Under the pieces are notes generated by a model that saw nothing but the letters and a program-made list of their open reading frames with translations, was not told the origin of the DNA and did no database searches. A program made the translations under genes and the position numbers. From Paraspadella gotoi (Eukaryota > Animalia > Chaetognatha), in NCBI GenBank assembly GCA_051294375.1, contig CM119265.1:24471861-24535860 (forward strand): DNA of 64,000 nt, written 5' to 3'. Shown in pieces: positions 27,676 to 42,082 of the stretch. Positions within the stretch are counted from its first letter, which is position 1; every line of letters starts with the position of its first letter.

Positions 27676-29485
27676 AAATCTAAAAAAAAAAGCGGATTCA
27701 AAATCCAAATAACTCAAATCATGTCTGAATTTTTTTTCCCCGTTTATTTATAAAATTGTTTACATTTCATAAAGATACTAAGTTGGAAAAGCGATGATAG
27801 TTTAGAGACATCTTTCAGTATCGTATGTGTTAAATTGAGGAGCAAGAAACTTAAACGTGGAAGCATCAAGTTGTTTTTTCCTCTTATTTCCCAAAGTATA
27901 TATACACTGAAACCTTTCACATCCAATTACCTTCACAAATACGCTTCTCTCTAAAAATGTTAAGTTTGCGCAACAAAAGCTCTTTTCTTCAATAATAAAA
28001 CTAAAACTCTCAGTTTTTTCAAAAAGTTTTTTTTTTCTGTTAAAATCGTAAAATTCGCGTTTTCTGTTGAGGAGAAAAAAACGCATTTTTAGACTCACTA
28101 AGCGACTAAAGAAAATTAAAAAGCAGGTAATCGTAGGGAAGGTAATTAAAGCAATTTTCGAGANNNNNNNNNNCAAAACAAGGGAGTAAAAACAATATGA
28201 AATCAAAAGTTAATGAAACAATGAAGACTTAAAAAATAAAAAAATAAATAATTAAAAAATTAAAAAATTNNNNNNNNNNNNNNNNNNNNNNNNNNNNNNN
28301 NNNNNNNNNNNNNNNNNNNNNNNNNNNNNNNNNNNNNNNNNNNNNNNNNNNNNNNNNNNNNNNNNNNNNNNNNNNNNNNNNNNNNNNNNNNNNNNNNNNN
28401 NNNNNNNNNNNNNNNNNNNNNNNNNNNNNNNNNNNNNNNNNNNNNNNNNNNNNNNNNNNNNNNNNNNNNNNNNNNNNNNNNNNNNNNNNNNNNNNNNNNN
28501 NNNNNNNNNNNNNNNNNNNNNNNNNNNCAAATGAGGTTAATTAATATCGCTCGAGGAACAACGAATTGAATTCGCTGAGTTCGACGGAAAAAGAGAGATT
28601 TTTTTCACCATTTCTTTTTTCTTTTTTTTTGTCGTTGATACTCATCAACGAAAAAGTTTTTCTTTGCACCAAATCTCATCATTTACTTTCAAGTCTCTCT
28701 TTCACTTCCTCTTCTTCTTCCTTTTTCTCTTCTTCCTCGACTTCCTCCTCTTTTTTCTCCCGCATTTTTCCCATGGGTGGCGTCCGTACCCATAACCCTC
28801 TTAGCTCCCTTACCCCTAGGGTCACCGAAAACGTTTCGCATTGTATCACCTTCTTGTCTCTCACCTCCCTGGTGATGTCATCACTTACTTCATGATCTAA
28901 AAGTGAAGCCGCGAGCAACCTACTTCGCCGTGCTTCTACCCCAGCAACCACCGCCGCAGCCGCCGCAGCCGCAGCCGCCACGTAAATGGTCCGCAGGAAT
29001 TTTCATTCGGTTCTCTTCTTTCGATTCTGTTTTTTTTGCTTTTGTCGTTTATCTTCTCGAGAATCTTTCTTCTTTCCTCTTTTCCTCCTTTTTTTCTCTT
29101 CTTTCCTCTTTTCCTCCTTTTTTTTCTCTTCTTTTTTGTTTCTTTCCTCAATTTTTTTTAGCTTTTTCTTTTCTTTCTTCCTTGTTTTATTTTTAATTTT
29201 ATTGCTTCATTTTTTTCATTTTTTTCTTTTCTTCTCCTTTTACTTCTTCGAATCCTTTCTCCTTTTTTTCATTATTTTCTTATTCCATTATTTATTTTCA
29301 TTTGTTTATATTTCTGTCTCATGTTTTTTTCCTAACCTTTACTCATGTACTTCTTTTAGTTTTAACTTTCAAGGAAAACAACAACAATAACAACAACAAC
29401 AACTAAGCTCCAAAAAAACAATATCGCGCTTTGGTTTTTCTTTACAAACTGTTCTCTATCCTTCTTTTTCTATTTCATTCTTTCA

Positions 29486-29520
<35 letters not shown>

Positions 29521-29653
29521 NNNNNNNNNNNNNNNNNNNNNNNNNNNNNNNNNNNNNNNNNNNNNNNNNNNNNNNNNNNNNNNNNNNNNNNNNNNNNNNN
29601 NNNNNNNNNNNNNNNNNNNNNNNNNNNNNNNNNNNNNNNNNNNNNNNNNNNNN

Positions 29654-29684
<31 letters not shown>

Positions 29685-30668
29685 CCTCCCTCCTTTGATC
29701 GACTGTCGATGCAATCTGCAATCACCCTCTGTTATTGTTTTTCGATGAAACAAAAGACAATAACTCTGTCGGAAGCAACTGCGCCTTTACTCCCGAGAAG
29801 AAAGTCGCTAAAGATGGTTACAAACAACACAAAAACAACGCAAAACAACACAAGTCATGATATAACAACAGTATCACTAAACGTAATTATTTCAATCAAT
29901 TTTATCATAATCATTGATGACTGAATAATCATTTAATTTTGCCGANNNNNNNNNNNNNNNNNNNNNNNNNNNNNNNNNNNNNNNNNNNNNNNNNNNNNNN
30001 NNNNNNNNNNNNNNNNNNNNNNNNNNNNNNNNNNNNNNNNNNNNNNNNNNNNNNNNNNNNNNNNNNNNNNNNNNNNNNNNNNNNNNNNNNNNNNNNNNNN
30101 NNNNNNNNNNNNNNNNNNNNNNNNNNNNNNNNNNNNNNNNNNNNNNNNNNNNNNNNNNNNNNNNNNNNNNNNNNNNNNNNNNNNNNNNNNNNNNNNNNNN
30201 NNNNNNNNNNNNNNNNNNNNNNNNNNNNNNNNNNNNNNNNNNNNNNNNNNNNNNNNNNNNNNNNNNNNNNNNNNNNNNNNNNNNNNNNNNNNNCAAGAAA
30301 GCTTATAGAAAGTCAAATAGAGACAGAGACATATGTCTCAGGACAGTCCCGAGAAGAGGCGTTTAACCTTTTGCCTCACCTCAATCATTCGAGAAGCGAA
30401 CTTACCTATTGTTTAAGTTCTTTTATTTTCTCTCTCATTCCAATACATTTTTATTTCTGCTTCAAATTTTTCTTCAAAGCCNNNNNNNNNNNNNNNNNNN
30501 NNNNNNNNNNNNNNNNNNNNNNNNNNNNNNNNNNNNNNNNNNNNNNNNNNNNNNNNNNNNNNNNNNNNNNNNNNNNNNNNNNNNNNNNNNNNNNNNNNNN
30601 NNNNNNNNNNNNNNNNNNNNNNNNNNNNNNNNNNNNNNNNNNNNNNNNNNNNNNNNNNNNNNNNNNNG

Positions 30669-30732
30669 CAACTCTATAAGTTACTTTTCGGTCGGTCAGT
30701 CGGTCTATCGATCGGTCGGTCGGTATGTCTGC
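30669..30732 (+). mobile_element. HINE-like element fragment at gap edge
   Basis: gcaactctataagttacttttcggtcggtcagtcgg...ggtatgtctg has the same head as 59951-60015. Confidence 0.5.
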
Positions 30733-31173
30733 AACACAACATTTGAATTTCCGTTCTTGTTTAAGTTTAAAATAAGATTAAGGCAGAAGGAAAGGGGTTA
30801 TAGTATATAATATAATATATAATAATAGCGCCAAATAATTCAAATCCTAATTGGTCCTCATCGGTTCCATCTTAGGGAGTAGACTTCTCTCCCGCTAGAG
30901 GCGCGGGATTCTTGAAGCTAAAAATAGATTCTGGATTAGGACACGCTACGAAGGACACCGACGTCTCTCTCACGCGCCATCGAGGCTTGATGTGGCGTGG
31001 CTGGAGTCAAGGGGCTTTGGAAAGAGAATTGGACCAGATCACGCAAAACAGGATGGCACCTTGAGTTTGCCCAATTTCGAAAAATTCCAGGGACGTTGCG
31101 CGCGATTGCATCGTTTCTGTCTCATTCTCTTTGTCTGCTTGGCCAATCCGGCGAAGACCCGTTTGAGAGCCCG

Positions 31174-31174
31174 A

Positions 31175-31269
<95 letters not shown>
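31174..31269. repeat. (GAAA)n microsatellite
   Basis: Directly visible. Confidence 0.95.
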
Positions 31270-31270
<1 letters not shown>

Positions 31271-34200
31271 AGTAGCCCAATTAAAAAAAAAGAAAAAAAG
31301 AGAGGAAGATGAAAAGCATCAATAAAGAGACAGAGAGAAAGCTAGGGGGAGGCGGCTAAAATTAGAATCTTCGAAGGAGAAAGCAGAAATGGAAAGAGGC
31401 CAAATTTGTGAAGGACCGAGATTCAAATCAAAAGCGAATTCAAAAACTAAAAAAATAAAAATAATTCGCCGAAAAAAAAAAGTTAAAGAGGAAGTAAAGA
31501 TCCCCCGACGAGCGCTCTCTCATCACTCTCTGTCCCCTCGAGAGCGATTCTACTCTACTTAGTAATGTAATAACTTTTCAAAGCTTTGTATTAGGGGTGA
31601 GTCAAATGGGGTGAGTCAAAAATTTAGAGCGAGGACATGCTCAAACGAAAATATATACATTTTTAAATATATTTTCAATGGACAAAACAATTTATTTTAC
31701 TGCTCGATTATTATTTTTTGCGAGTCTACATCTGCGCTGACGAAGCAAATCCGCTAAAATTGTACCAAAAAAAAAATCGTTGTTTGTAACAAAAACTTTG
31801 TTTCTATAAGTTAGATATAAATAAAACTTTCTCCAGCCTCATCTAACAACTTTTTTTTCTCGATCTCTTTCAGTTTCCCCGCCTCCTCTTAATTTTCTAC
31901 TGTTCTGTCCCCTGTCCTTTCCTCCACGGTAATAGTTTCGCCTCCGTCCACCTTTTTCTAGGTCATCGAGAGTTTCTGCCCGCGGTGCTTCCGCTCATAG
32001 TTCCCTCAAATCTCAACTACACAACCCAGTTTCCTCTAACCGCCTGCCCTTCCACTTCTCGAACCAGACCTTTTCTCGCACTCTCTGCGGCTCGGCTACT
32101 GTTTCTCTTCTAGAGCAACTGACGCACTTAACTACATCGCGCATCTCTTGTACATTGATTAATAGATAACTCTTCACTCCTACTCTTACTCTCCTTCTTC
32201 TCTAATCCCTCTCTCTTGTTTTGGTGGCTTGGAGCTGTTTTAAGAGAGGGAGCGAACTTATAGGACTATGTGCAGCAACAAGTGCGCATCTCTCCTACTT
32301 AGCTTCAAGCTTCGAGTCGATTACACACAGAAATGGCGGCAAAGTGTGGCAGAAGAGACGGCAAAGAGGATACCAGTGTTAACCTCGCCTCCCAATCGGC
32401 TCGTCAAACATCACGCCCGCTCGCGACGTATGCACCGAATGGCGGGAGGGAACTCAGGGGAAGGAGGAGGGAAAAAGAAGGAAGAAATTCGAAAACTAGA
32501 AAAATAAGGAACAACACATGCGTCCAGACCACAATGGCCCACTCTCACAACGACTTGACTAGCAATCCTGAACAAACCAACTAGAGCGTGCGAGTCTCTA
32601 AGAGAGAAGATGAAGAAAGATCACACAGCGAAGAAATATAACAAACGAATGTAGACAAGAAAAACAGAGATAGACACAGAACCCTAAGAAAGAGAGAGGA
32701 ATATAACTTAATCTCATTTGCAATAATTTACATTTGATCCTGATAGAATAGCAGAGAGAGTCAGAAATTGAAATCAAGAAATACTTATATTATCAAAAAG
32801 TGAAGAGAATATATTTCGTATAAAATGGACATTTGTCGATTCTGCAGACACTTAATGGACAAGACTCCGCGAACCAATAGTAGGAGAAAAGACACAGGAA
32901 AATATACCATCCTATACCCGATAGAGCAGGCACCAAACTAAATTCTATCTAATCCGAACACCAACAACCACCGAATGAGACGTGAGTAATTTAGACAGAA
33001 TTATAATTACTAATAAATTGTAAATACACTCAGTCTTAATGACAATATAACACGACTGTAAGATCTCTATCCATATATCAAGAGAATTAAATAAGAATAT
33101 CAGCGAATAATTAAAAATTAACAAAATATGAGAAAGACCTTAGAAAAGGTAATATAATTAATAATATGCCGAACCGCCGTGAGATACTCACACTGATCCT
33201 TGTCCTGATTCCGTATCATGTCAACCTCAGTATGCGTCTTTTGAACCTTCTTAAATTTTTCTCAACATGACGAAAGTGTCAAATATAATATCGTCTCTGA
33301 GTGCGAACACCACGAATTGAATTGCGTGCTGAGTTCTTATCTGGAAAAAGATGAGATTTTCTCCCATTTCTAGTCTTCGTTTTCGTTATTTGCGTTAGAT
33401 ACTAGATGCGAAACGAGAAACAATATTTTTCTATGTCACCGCCAAATGCTGTCGATACATTTACTGTCCAATGAAACTACTCTTAACACTCCTCGTTCTG
33501 TCTTATCCCATTTTTTCTCTTACGTTGCCTCAAGACCTTAGCCCTCCCTCTTTCCGTGATTCTCCGCATTGTTTCGAGAGAATGGGTGGCGTCCGTACCC
33601 ATAACCCTCTTAGCTCCCTTACCCCTAGGGTCAACCGGGAAAACGTTTCGCAATGATAGTCATCTTACGATATGTCTCTCTAACCTATAATCTCTCTGTA
33701 GATTGTTCTATACATCTTAACTCATGCTAATTTACTCCGATATAATATGATACTATTAAATGGATAGACCGCTGAGCATATTCGCTAATCCCACTTACTA
33801 CCGTGCTCCCGTCAACCCCAGAACAAGAGCCACCGCCGCAGCCGCCCTCGAGCCCGAAGCAGCCGACACGATAACCTGGAGCTCCGCCACCGATATTTCT
33901 CTCATCTCGAGGGTTTTGGTCTCTCTTTCGATCTACCGCGTATTCTTTCGTCCTTTATAATCTTTATCGCTTTCACTCTCTCGCGTCGCCTGGAGAATGC
34001 CATTTCTTCGTGCTATCCCTCCCGGTGCTGCCTCCTATTCTTTGTCTTTCTTTCCCTCTTTCCTCCTTTTCTTTTCCTCTTCTGTTCTTATTTCTGTTCC
34101 TCCATTCTAATCTGTTGTCTTAGCTCGTGTGCGTACTCTTTCCGTTCTCTGTTTTTATCCTCTGTCCATGTTATTTACCGCATTCATTTTTTGTTCAGTG

Positions 34201-36049
34201 GTGTTTTCTTTCCATTACAATCTCTAATGAACATCATTACTTTCGATATGCCTGTTCTCACTTCATATATTTACTTGACTAAATCTCCTGCCCATTCTCC
34301 AGCCGGATAATTCGGATATCCATTCCATTATTCCTGAATCATGTCGGCCTCTTGATGATATGCCGGTGCTTCTCATCGTCTTCTTTCACTAATCCGGCCC
34401 TGTTACTCATGTACTCTTTGTTAGTTTTAACTATTGAACAAGTGACACAACCAACACTACGAATCAAATAACAGAAACTATGGACAACATACGTAAGCTA
34501 TCCGCGAGAAACTATCAAATATCGCCGCTGGTCTAAGCCAGTTTTTGCTTTATCAATACTAATCTCGACAGGTTCTCTGTCGTTTTTTTCCCTATTTCAT
34601 TCTTTCAAATCCACTCTTTCTACTTTCTGGCTGCCCTGTCTACTCTCTTCTCGTCTGCCTCTCTTCTTCCTTGCTCTTCGTTCCTCTCGTTCCTCTCTGC
34701 GTCTCTGCATCTCTTGCCCCTCCAAGCTTTCCAATCCCTGCCTGAATATGCGTATCGTGACCCTTCCAGTCCTGTAACGATGCCAATCTGCGAGATCACC
34801 CTCTGTTTATGCTTTCGATGAAACATGAGAGAGAGACAATAACTCTCAAAAGCGATCAGTCAATGATATCGCATACTGCGCCTTTACTCCCGAAGCCAGA
34901 GGAAGTCTCCAATACAGCGCAATATCGCACCAGAACAAGCGTACCTAAACCCTGCGGAAAAAAAGCGTAGAGAACGGACACACGTAAGCCGACCATATGG
35001 CGGGCTGTGGCGCAACCCCTCAAAGCCCTAGGTTCCAAAGCCCAACAGCAACCAACGTTCCACGGCTACTAAAAGGGGGTTATAAGAAGTTACGATATCT
35101 CTTCAGCACCACTTGTAGCGCCTCGACTTATCCAACACTGGTTGAGCCCATCCTGTCGAGCGTATTCCAACCTTCTGAATCCAGGCCCTGGACGTCTGAT
35201 TGCTCCCTCCCTCCACTGGCAGTGCAAGGTGGGTTAACAATCTTGGGGGCATGATCGGCATGCTTAAGGGTTAACCCCCGTCTATAGCATGAACCTCAAG
35301 TCTGACCCCGGTGTCATGAATGCCAATCAGCTCAATGATCAACTAAGTACCCGGTTCCATTCCACTATAAACAGTTATCACTAAACCGTAAATGGTATTC
35401 AAATTTTTCGTAAATCTTCTATCACTCCTCGACCTGGGAGGAGATCATTGATGACTGAATAATCATTTTAATTTTGCCGAGTCATCGTGCCGGGACGGCC
35501 AGTTAATGCCCGACTTCTTCTAGGGTGGCTTATTGAAGGTTTTCCAGAAGAGTTACCGTAACCAGAGTAAAGACTCTACACTTTCAAAGCCTGAGTCTTC
35601 CAATAGCGCGAAGAGTTACCACTCGTTACATCTCACGGAGATATAGAGCAGAATTAGAAGGTGTTATAGAAGTTACGGAAGCATCTTGCCCACTTAGGGC
35701 CTTTCACATTTCTTCCGGTATATACTGCGACTGGGAATGAAAGATTTCCCACTTTTTTATATAGAAAGACTTGATCTTTTGTTTATAACCTTCGGTTAAT
35801 TTCTCAAGGTTACCATATCTTAAACGAACAACGAGGACCAGCGAGTAATCTCTCCTCACCCGTCCCATGCATGGACGAAGCATCCCTGTCCTTCCAGATT
35901 GGATCCTACGCTGCCGCCCAGAGAGTGAGGAGTGTTTGCACTTAGCACATTCATGAGTGAGTTAGAGAACGAATGTAACTGTATTATTTTAAATTTAATG
36001 TATTCAAACGGTCTTTATTTGATGTTGATTGTATGGATATTAACTGGGT

Positions 36050-36554
36050 CCAAGGTCCGCGTCTCGACGGGCAACTACGCCCAGTACCACTCTGCAGGCG
36101 GCTCCCCGCCCTCGGAACGCGCTCGTGCAGGGGAGCAGACTTTCCCGTCAAATCCCGCGCCCCGATCCACCGGCCAAACCAGCACTTCGTGGGCAACGAC
36201 CCGATGGAGTCGTACGACTACGACGAGCGGACGAACCTTCATTCTCGCCGGGCTCCGCCTCCGCCTACTCCAAGAGCGGAACACTGGTTGACGCTCACAT
36301 TCCACGAGCACTCTTCCGGCGGAAGCGGCGGAGGGGGGGGGAAAAGTCGGCGCTGAGTAGCGGCGCCTACGCGGCGGAGGCCGCGCACGGAGACGAGGAA
36401 CCGGATGAAGGAACGTGGTGATGCGGAACCGCAGACACTCAGATTGCCGGACCCGACCGACAAGAGGAACTCCTTCATTCGACGGACCCTCGAGATGTCG
36501 GAGCAGGCTCAGTCCGACAACTTAGGAGAAAGCTGGGCCAACATTCCAGATTGA
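36050..36554 (+). CDS. Probable terminal coding exon with multiple frameshifts (noisy sequence), product unknown
   Basis: A GC-rich island in AT-rich DNA. Protein-like segments jump between frames: KVRVSTGNYAQYHSAGGSPPSE / ADFPVKSRAPIHRPNQHFVGNDPMESYDYDERTNLH / EKSALSSGAYAAEAAHGDEEPDE / LPDPTDKRNSFIRRTLEMSEQAQSDNLGESWANIPD*, followed by aataaa at ~36566. Confidence 0.4.
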
Positions 36555-39500
36555 AAAAAGACAAAAATAAAAAACAAAAACGACGACTCTCGCGTTCAGG
36601 TCGAAAACAAACAACGGCAAGTGATTGGCACTCTCGCAGAGCGAGAAACACTCGACACGCGCGTTTTCGAAATTTCGCCGGATCTATACGGCGGCCGCTT
36701 TAACGTAGCGCGGGGAGGGGGATAGGGCAAACACATAAAGGAGCTGTGTTGAATTAAAGGCGTTGAAGGCAGGGATGAAAAGTGTTTGAACATAAGTTCT
36801 CAACCAGTTATGATCGAGATTTATCACGGACCGAAATTTACAAAGGTTAGTCTCTTTTATTTAAAAATATTAGTGAGCGAAGAAATAAAAAGAAAGATTT
36901 ACAAAGCAAAAAAAAGTAAAGGACCACAAAATATACTACATACAAGTTCGAAGATTATAGAATGCTTGTAATGGGTTTTGAGCCTCATTTATTATTCAAA
37001 AAGAGTGACAAAGCTAAGCGTCTGCATTCTTAGGTGTTTGCGGCCTCTTTCCCTCACGCCGGACGAGCCGCGACCGATTGTAGGTATCGTACCCGGTTGA
37101 GTAATAATTGATAAGTTAACAGGATACAGGTTCATGATATTCCATTTATTTTCCGGTTTCGATCGCAGAGAAAGACAAGAAACGAGGTTTCGGATTCCTA
37201 GATCGTCATATTTTTCTATGTCGGCAGAGTAATGCATAAGAAACTTGGGTTGAGAACGTTATGGTTTTTTTATTATCTTCGTGGATAAAAAAAGATTAAG
37301 AAACAAACCACAGTGATAGTTTTTTTTTATTTCAATTTCTTCTTCCCTCTTCTCCCCGCGTTGAATCACTTCGAGTCTCTTCACGGCCCCTGTTTCGCTT
37401 TCCCGCTTTACTGTGAAAGATGCAATTACAACAAACTAACATTCCAGTGATTAATTTTATGCATGCGTAATGTAAAAAAAATACGAAAAAAAACCCGCGG
37501 ATTAACGCAAAAAGCAAAAAAAAAAAACCTGATTTCATATTTTAAACGAAGAAAAACAGAAACTAACGTCCACCGAACATATACATAATTGAGCTAACAT
37601 TCCACTATTTGTAAAGAGAAAAAAAAAGAAAAGCGATACGACTTGGGAGGCGACCGTGGTTTGTAGGTCGCACGAGCAGGTACGCTTGAAATTATCTATT
37701 TTCGAGCCACGGTACTCGGGACCAATCAGTACTTTAAAAGACGAGTATCGTTAATAGTTTGCATTGTAACTATCTGCATTAATTGGAGCTGGGAGATTTA
37801 ATGTGTACCTGCGATTAATGTCTGAGATCTGAGTTCATCGCCTTTTATCATCGTCATTCATCCTTCTTTAATTTTGTTGGTTTAGTTGTAAGACTGGGGG
37901 AGGGTGGTAAGTGGGTAAGATTGTAGGATATAATTAACGGATTTAGATAGTGTTGTGTGAACAGACTGTAATAATTGTTGGAGGGGAGGAAAAAATCTAA
38001 GGAATGCTGCTTATTCAAGTATTTTAATTTCCTTTCAGTTTTAATATTCGCGTTTCTTCCCAGTTTGCCTCTCAAAGCGTTATTTAGTATTTTTCATTTT
38101 CCCCCCCCCCGAGGTTTATTGAGCGAACTGTTGGCTTTTTTTTCTCTCTCAATCATATCCATTATCTTCGCTTTTTCGTGCTGAACGTATTTCTCTTGTC
38201 TACCCTTCTCTCTCCTTTTCATTTTCAATACTCGGAGCGACCAAGTTTGGTACATCTTTGGAACAAATACCCGATCCCATATTTTTTCTATCTCTTTCCT
38301 ATCCCTTGTTTCTAATCGCTTTTGTATTTTCTTTATCAAATGTTTGATAGTTTTTATACATTACTGTTTATCTGCCTTAAGCCATATGTTTTGTAGTTCG
38401 GAATTGCAAACGGAATGGATGCACATGAGAGCAAGAAAAGGAGATGTCGAAACTTTGATACAGAAGATCGAGAAGATGGAAAAGAAAAGTGTTTGAGAAG
38501 CGAAAATGAAAGAAAAAATATGCGAGGTACAGAAGACGTATTCCGCGGCTCCCCATTAGTGATATATTAATATGTTGTTGGCGTGCATAAGTTTACTATT
38601 ATTTACGCTATTTGATTTGATCTCGATCCCTTCCCTTTGATTTTTAGAATTGCTGTTTACTGTAGGGTATAATGGTAGCGTAAACGTTAGTTCCAAGTTT
38701 TCCCTTCTTCGCTGAAGCGCCGAAGATGTCATCGTGTCACCCTCTCAGCTCTTTCCTCATAGCCAAGCGGCGTCTTTACACTAGCTCTCTTCTCAACCCC
38801 ATCCTTTTTCTTAAATCCCCCCTTTTTTTTTTTTTTTCTCTTTTCCCATTCGCCCCTCCTTTTCAATCTCTTGTAATTGATTCTCCCTCTCATCGTTATA
38901 AAAAGTAGTGTGTAGTAAAAGTAATTTAAAGATAAGGGACGCTGAGAAATAGTGATGTTAGGGATTCTTCAATACATACAATAATTTAAACACGTGAAAT
39001 CATCCCCTTTGACGAAAAATTTAGAAGGAGACAAATTTAATTTACGTTCCAAGTCCGCTTGGAAGACAAATCATCCAGTTTGCCCGTCCGCCCAAATTCC
39101 CAAAAAAGGTACACCAAAAATTAGATAATGGAGAATGTCTAACTCTTTGTTCGCCTCCTTTTCGCTTTGTATCCAAGTTTTTTACGTATTCTTTTTTTTC
39201 CTCCCATCTTTCCTTCCTTTTTCTCTCTTTTGTCGGTGTTGCCAAGATTGTATTGGATTCCATTTTCTCGTTGATTTCACTATGCGCCGAATTTTATCCG
39301 TTGGAATCTTCCGTCTTCAAGGATTCTGAGCCCAATTGATTTTTAGTAATTTACCTTATTTGATTGGCTTCCTGCGGAACAACTTCACGACCTCCAAGAC
39401 GCCTCATTCGAGGTTAAGCTGAACTAGTTAGTTCACTACGTTGAGTCTTTTGAGCAATATCTTGGTTAAGAAAGTTTATTTAATATTTTTCTAAAACGAG

Positions 39501-41571
39501 TTTCGTTAAGATATAGCTTTATATAAGCGTCCGCGGCAGTGCGTAATTCTCTTAATCCTCGTTTTGTGCCATAAAAAACAAAATTTTTATTACTATCCCA
39601 TCGAGAATTAATTATCGACGCTGAAAAATGTTAACGCTTTTTTAAAAATTCTCGCCCATAGAAATGCCATGGTTAATCGCAACTGGAGAATTAACATATG
39701 GAAAGTAAATGGGTCAATGTCTTTTGAGTTATTAAGGTCAGTTCCTAAATATTATTTTCTCTTGATGGCGTCCGTCTTCATTAACTTTTCACGTTGATCT
39801 TCCAAATATTTTTTGTTCTGATTATCAGATAATTTTTACTTATGTTCTTCGCCTAACTATTGACTTTTGTTCTATCCTCGGACCCCTTTCCATACAATTG
39901 AAATATATAGAAGCTCTTTGCTCATGTAGCAAAGGCCTAGTTTACCACTGCGGAAAGTTGTTAAGGAACACAATTGTTAAATTCTTTTTTATATTTCTAT
40001 TATAGGTTGAAAAATGAATATCAAATGTGAGAGTATAAGAAATTTTAGAGTTGCTGGTTTTTCGGGCAAAACACGGGCACGGTACTGTCTAATTTAAGGT
40101 ATAGTGACTTTTTCTCGGCAGTCACGCGTCATTTTGTTTCTGCTTTTTAGTTTCTAATAATTCCACTGTAACAATAAGTGTGGCCGCTCCCGGGTCACAC
40201 AACGCGGTCCGCAAATACGTCTCAATGGCTGCGTTATCCTGGAAGCCTTATCGTGGAGTTTTTAAATAACTGTCGATAAGCGATGCGCCGATCTGGTTAT
40301 TTTCGTCTGCCAACACAACATCTTGAAATTTTGCCTGTTTGCGTTTTGTGTTTATGTAATGAGTTTTTATTGAATAATTTAAGAAAACTTTAAGTTGTAA
40401 CACAGTATAGGAATTTATCCTAGGGTACTAAAAAATCAGTTTTAGTCTCACCCATCGTAAACAAAACAAGAAAAAAAGAAAAACAAAAGTGAATAACACA
40501 TTTTCTATAAGACCTGTTTGATCCCAAAATATATTATTAAAGTCCGCATATATTATATATTATAAATTTATCTATACATATCAATTTTAGATCAACCTTA
40601 GCGCGTCCAATAAATAATCAAAAATCCCTCCGAATTGAGCGTCCTCCATAAATCAGGAATTAAATTCCCGATTAGGGGAGTAGAGCTTCTTCTCCCGCTA
40701 GAGGCGCTCTTGCCGATTCGGTGTGTCGAATCTGCTTAAAAATGATGATTTTCTTGAGAAAATACTTGATAGTTGAGAACAACTCTACGTTAATAAGAAC
40801 ACCTCTCATCAAACGTCGCCATACTGAGGCTTGTATATTGTTGAGACAGTATTTGTTGAGAGGTTTTAGTTTTGTGGTTTTAGTCGTAACGAAATAACAA
40901 AGAGCGGGTACGACGATGTTGCCCAAAATTTTAAAAATGGCCTTTTGAAAAATTAACCTAGGTTATTACTAGATTAGAATGACATTTTAATTATTTCGGT
41001 AAAAAAATTTTGAAATTTATATTATTATCCAAATTCGAAGAGACCAAGTTTTTTGCGGAGTTAAATTTCACAGGATGATCTTGCTCGGTCCAGCCTTTCT
41101 CTATTCATAGTTTCGGGATTATTCATGGTAAGAAACTGAGCCAATTAGAGAAGAAATTAGGTATGATGGATCTCAGATTCACTTGCAATACGTTAAAATT
41201 ATAGGACCCCATCGAAAATGAGCACCTGAGTTTGTCACCAAAAATTTTACGGAGAAAAATATCAAATTCTCTTCTCCGGGGGCCCGTTGAAAATAATTGT
41301 TCAAAACTGACGAAACTTTTCATTTTTTCTTTGCCATTCTGCGTTTTCTCATTCGGTCACATCAATGACTATGAATAACATTATTGGATAGTCGAATGAA
41401 TCGAAACCAAAAACAAAAAATGAAATAAAACCGGAAAAAAAACGAAACGAAAAAAAAAAGACCTTAAACGTGAGCCGGTTGACGAACAAATCTGAGAAAC
41501 CAAGAGGTGAAGAAAACAAGACAACGGTAAAAAAGTTTTGAGCTTTCTAAGCGCATTCTCCTCTCTCTCTT

Positions 41572-41620
<49 letters not shown>

Positions 41621-41955
41621 NNNNNNNNNNNNNNNNNNNNNNNNNCTCTCTCTCTCTCTGTGTGTGCTCATGTCAAATCAAACAGATGTATCGAGTTATA
41701 TTAAGTTTTAGTAAGATTGAAATATAATGAATGAACGAATTTAAATAATAAAAAATAATAATTTCACGGATATTTATCATCATTAATTTTTTTTTTTGTC
41801 CTCATCCTCATCAAAAACGTCGTGGTCGTCGACGTTTTACTCCTCGGCGAGAACACCGGCTTAGGTATTTCTTTCCTTTTAAGAAAAGGAAAATCTTTCT
41901 GGGTCAGATGCCCTTAAAATCCCATAATTGGAAAGGGACTAAAGCTTTTTCCGGG

Positions 41956-42019
<64 letters not shown>

Positions 42020-42082
42020 TATTAACAAAACCTCCAAAACCCGTCTTAATTTAACGATTTAGAAAAAGGATGAATCTTCAAA

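Larger units (their letters stand above)
28530..35480 (+). repeat. 28530-29945 repeated as an insertion-rich noisy copy at ~33270-35480
   Basis: Shared anchors occur in the same order: gctgagttc...gaaaaaga, the 52-bp atgggtggcgtcc...tagggtca, actcatgtact, ctgcgcctttactcccga and atcattgatgactgaataatcattt(t)aattttgccga. Confidence 0.8.

Noticed and set aside
31590-31625. Tc1/mariner-like terminal motif taggggtgagtcaaa (tandem)
   Set aside because: No convincing matching opposite terminus or transposase was found. The surrounding 31.5-41 kb sequence is too noisy, and 30820-31000 recurs noisily at ~40600-40830.
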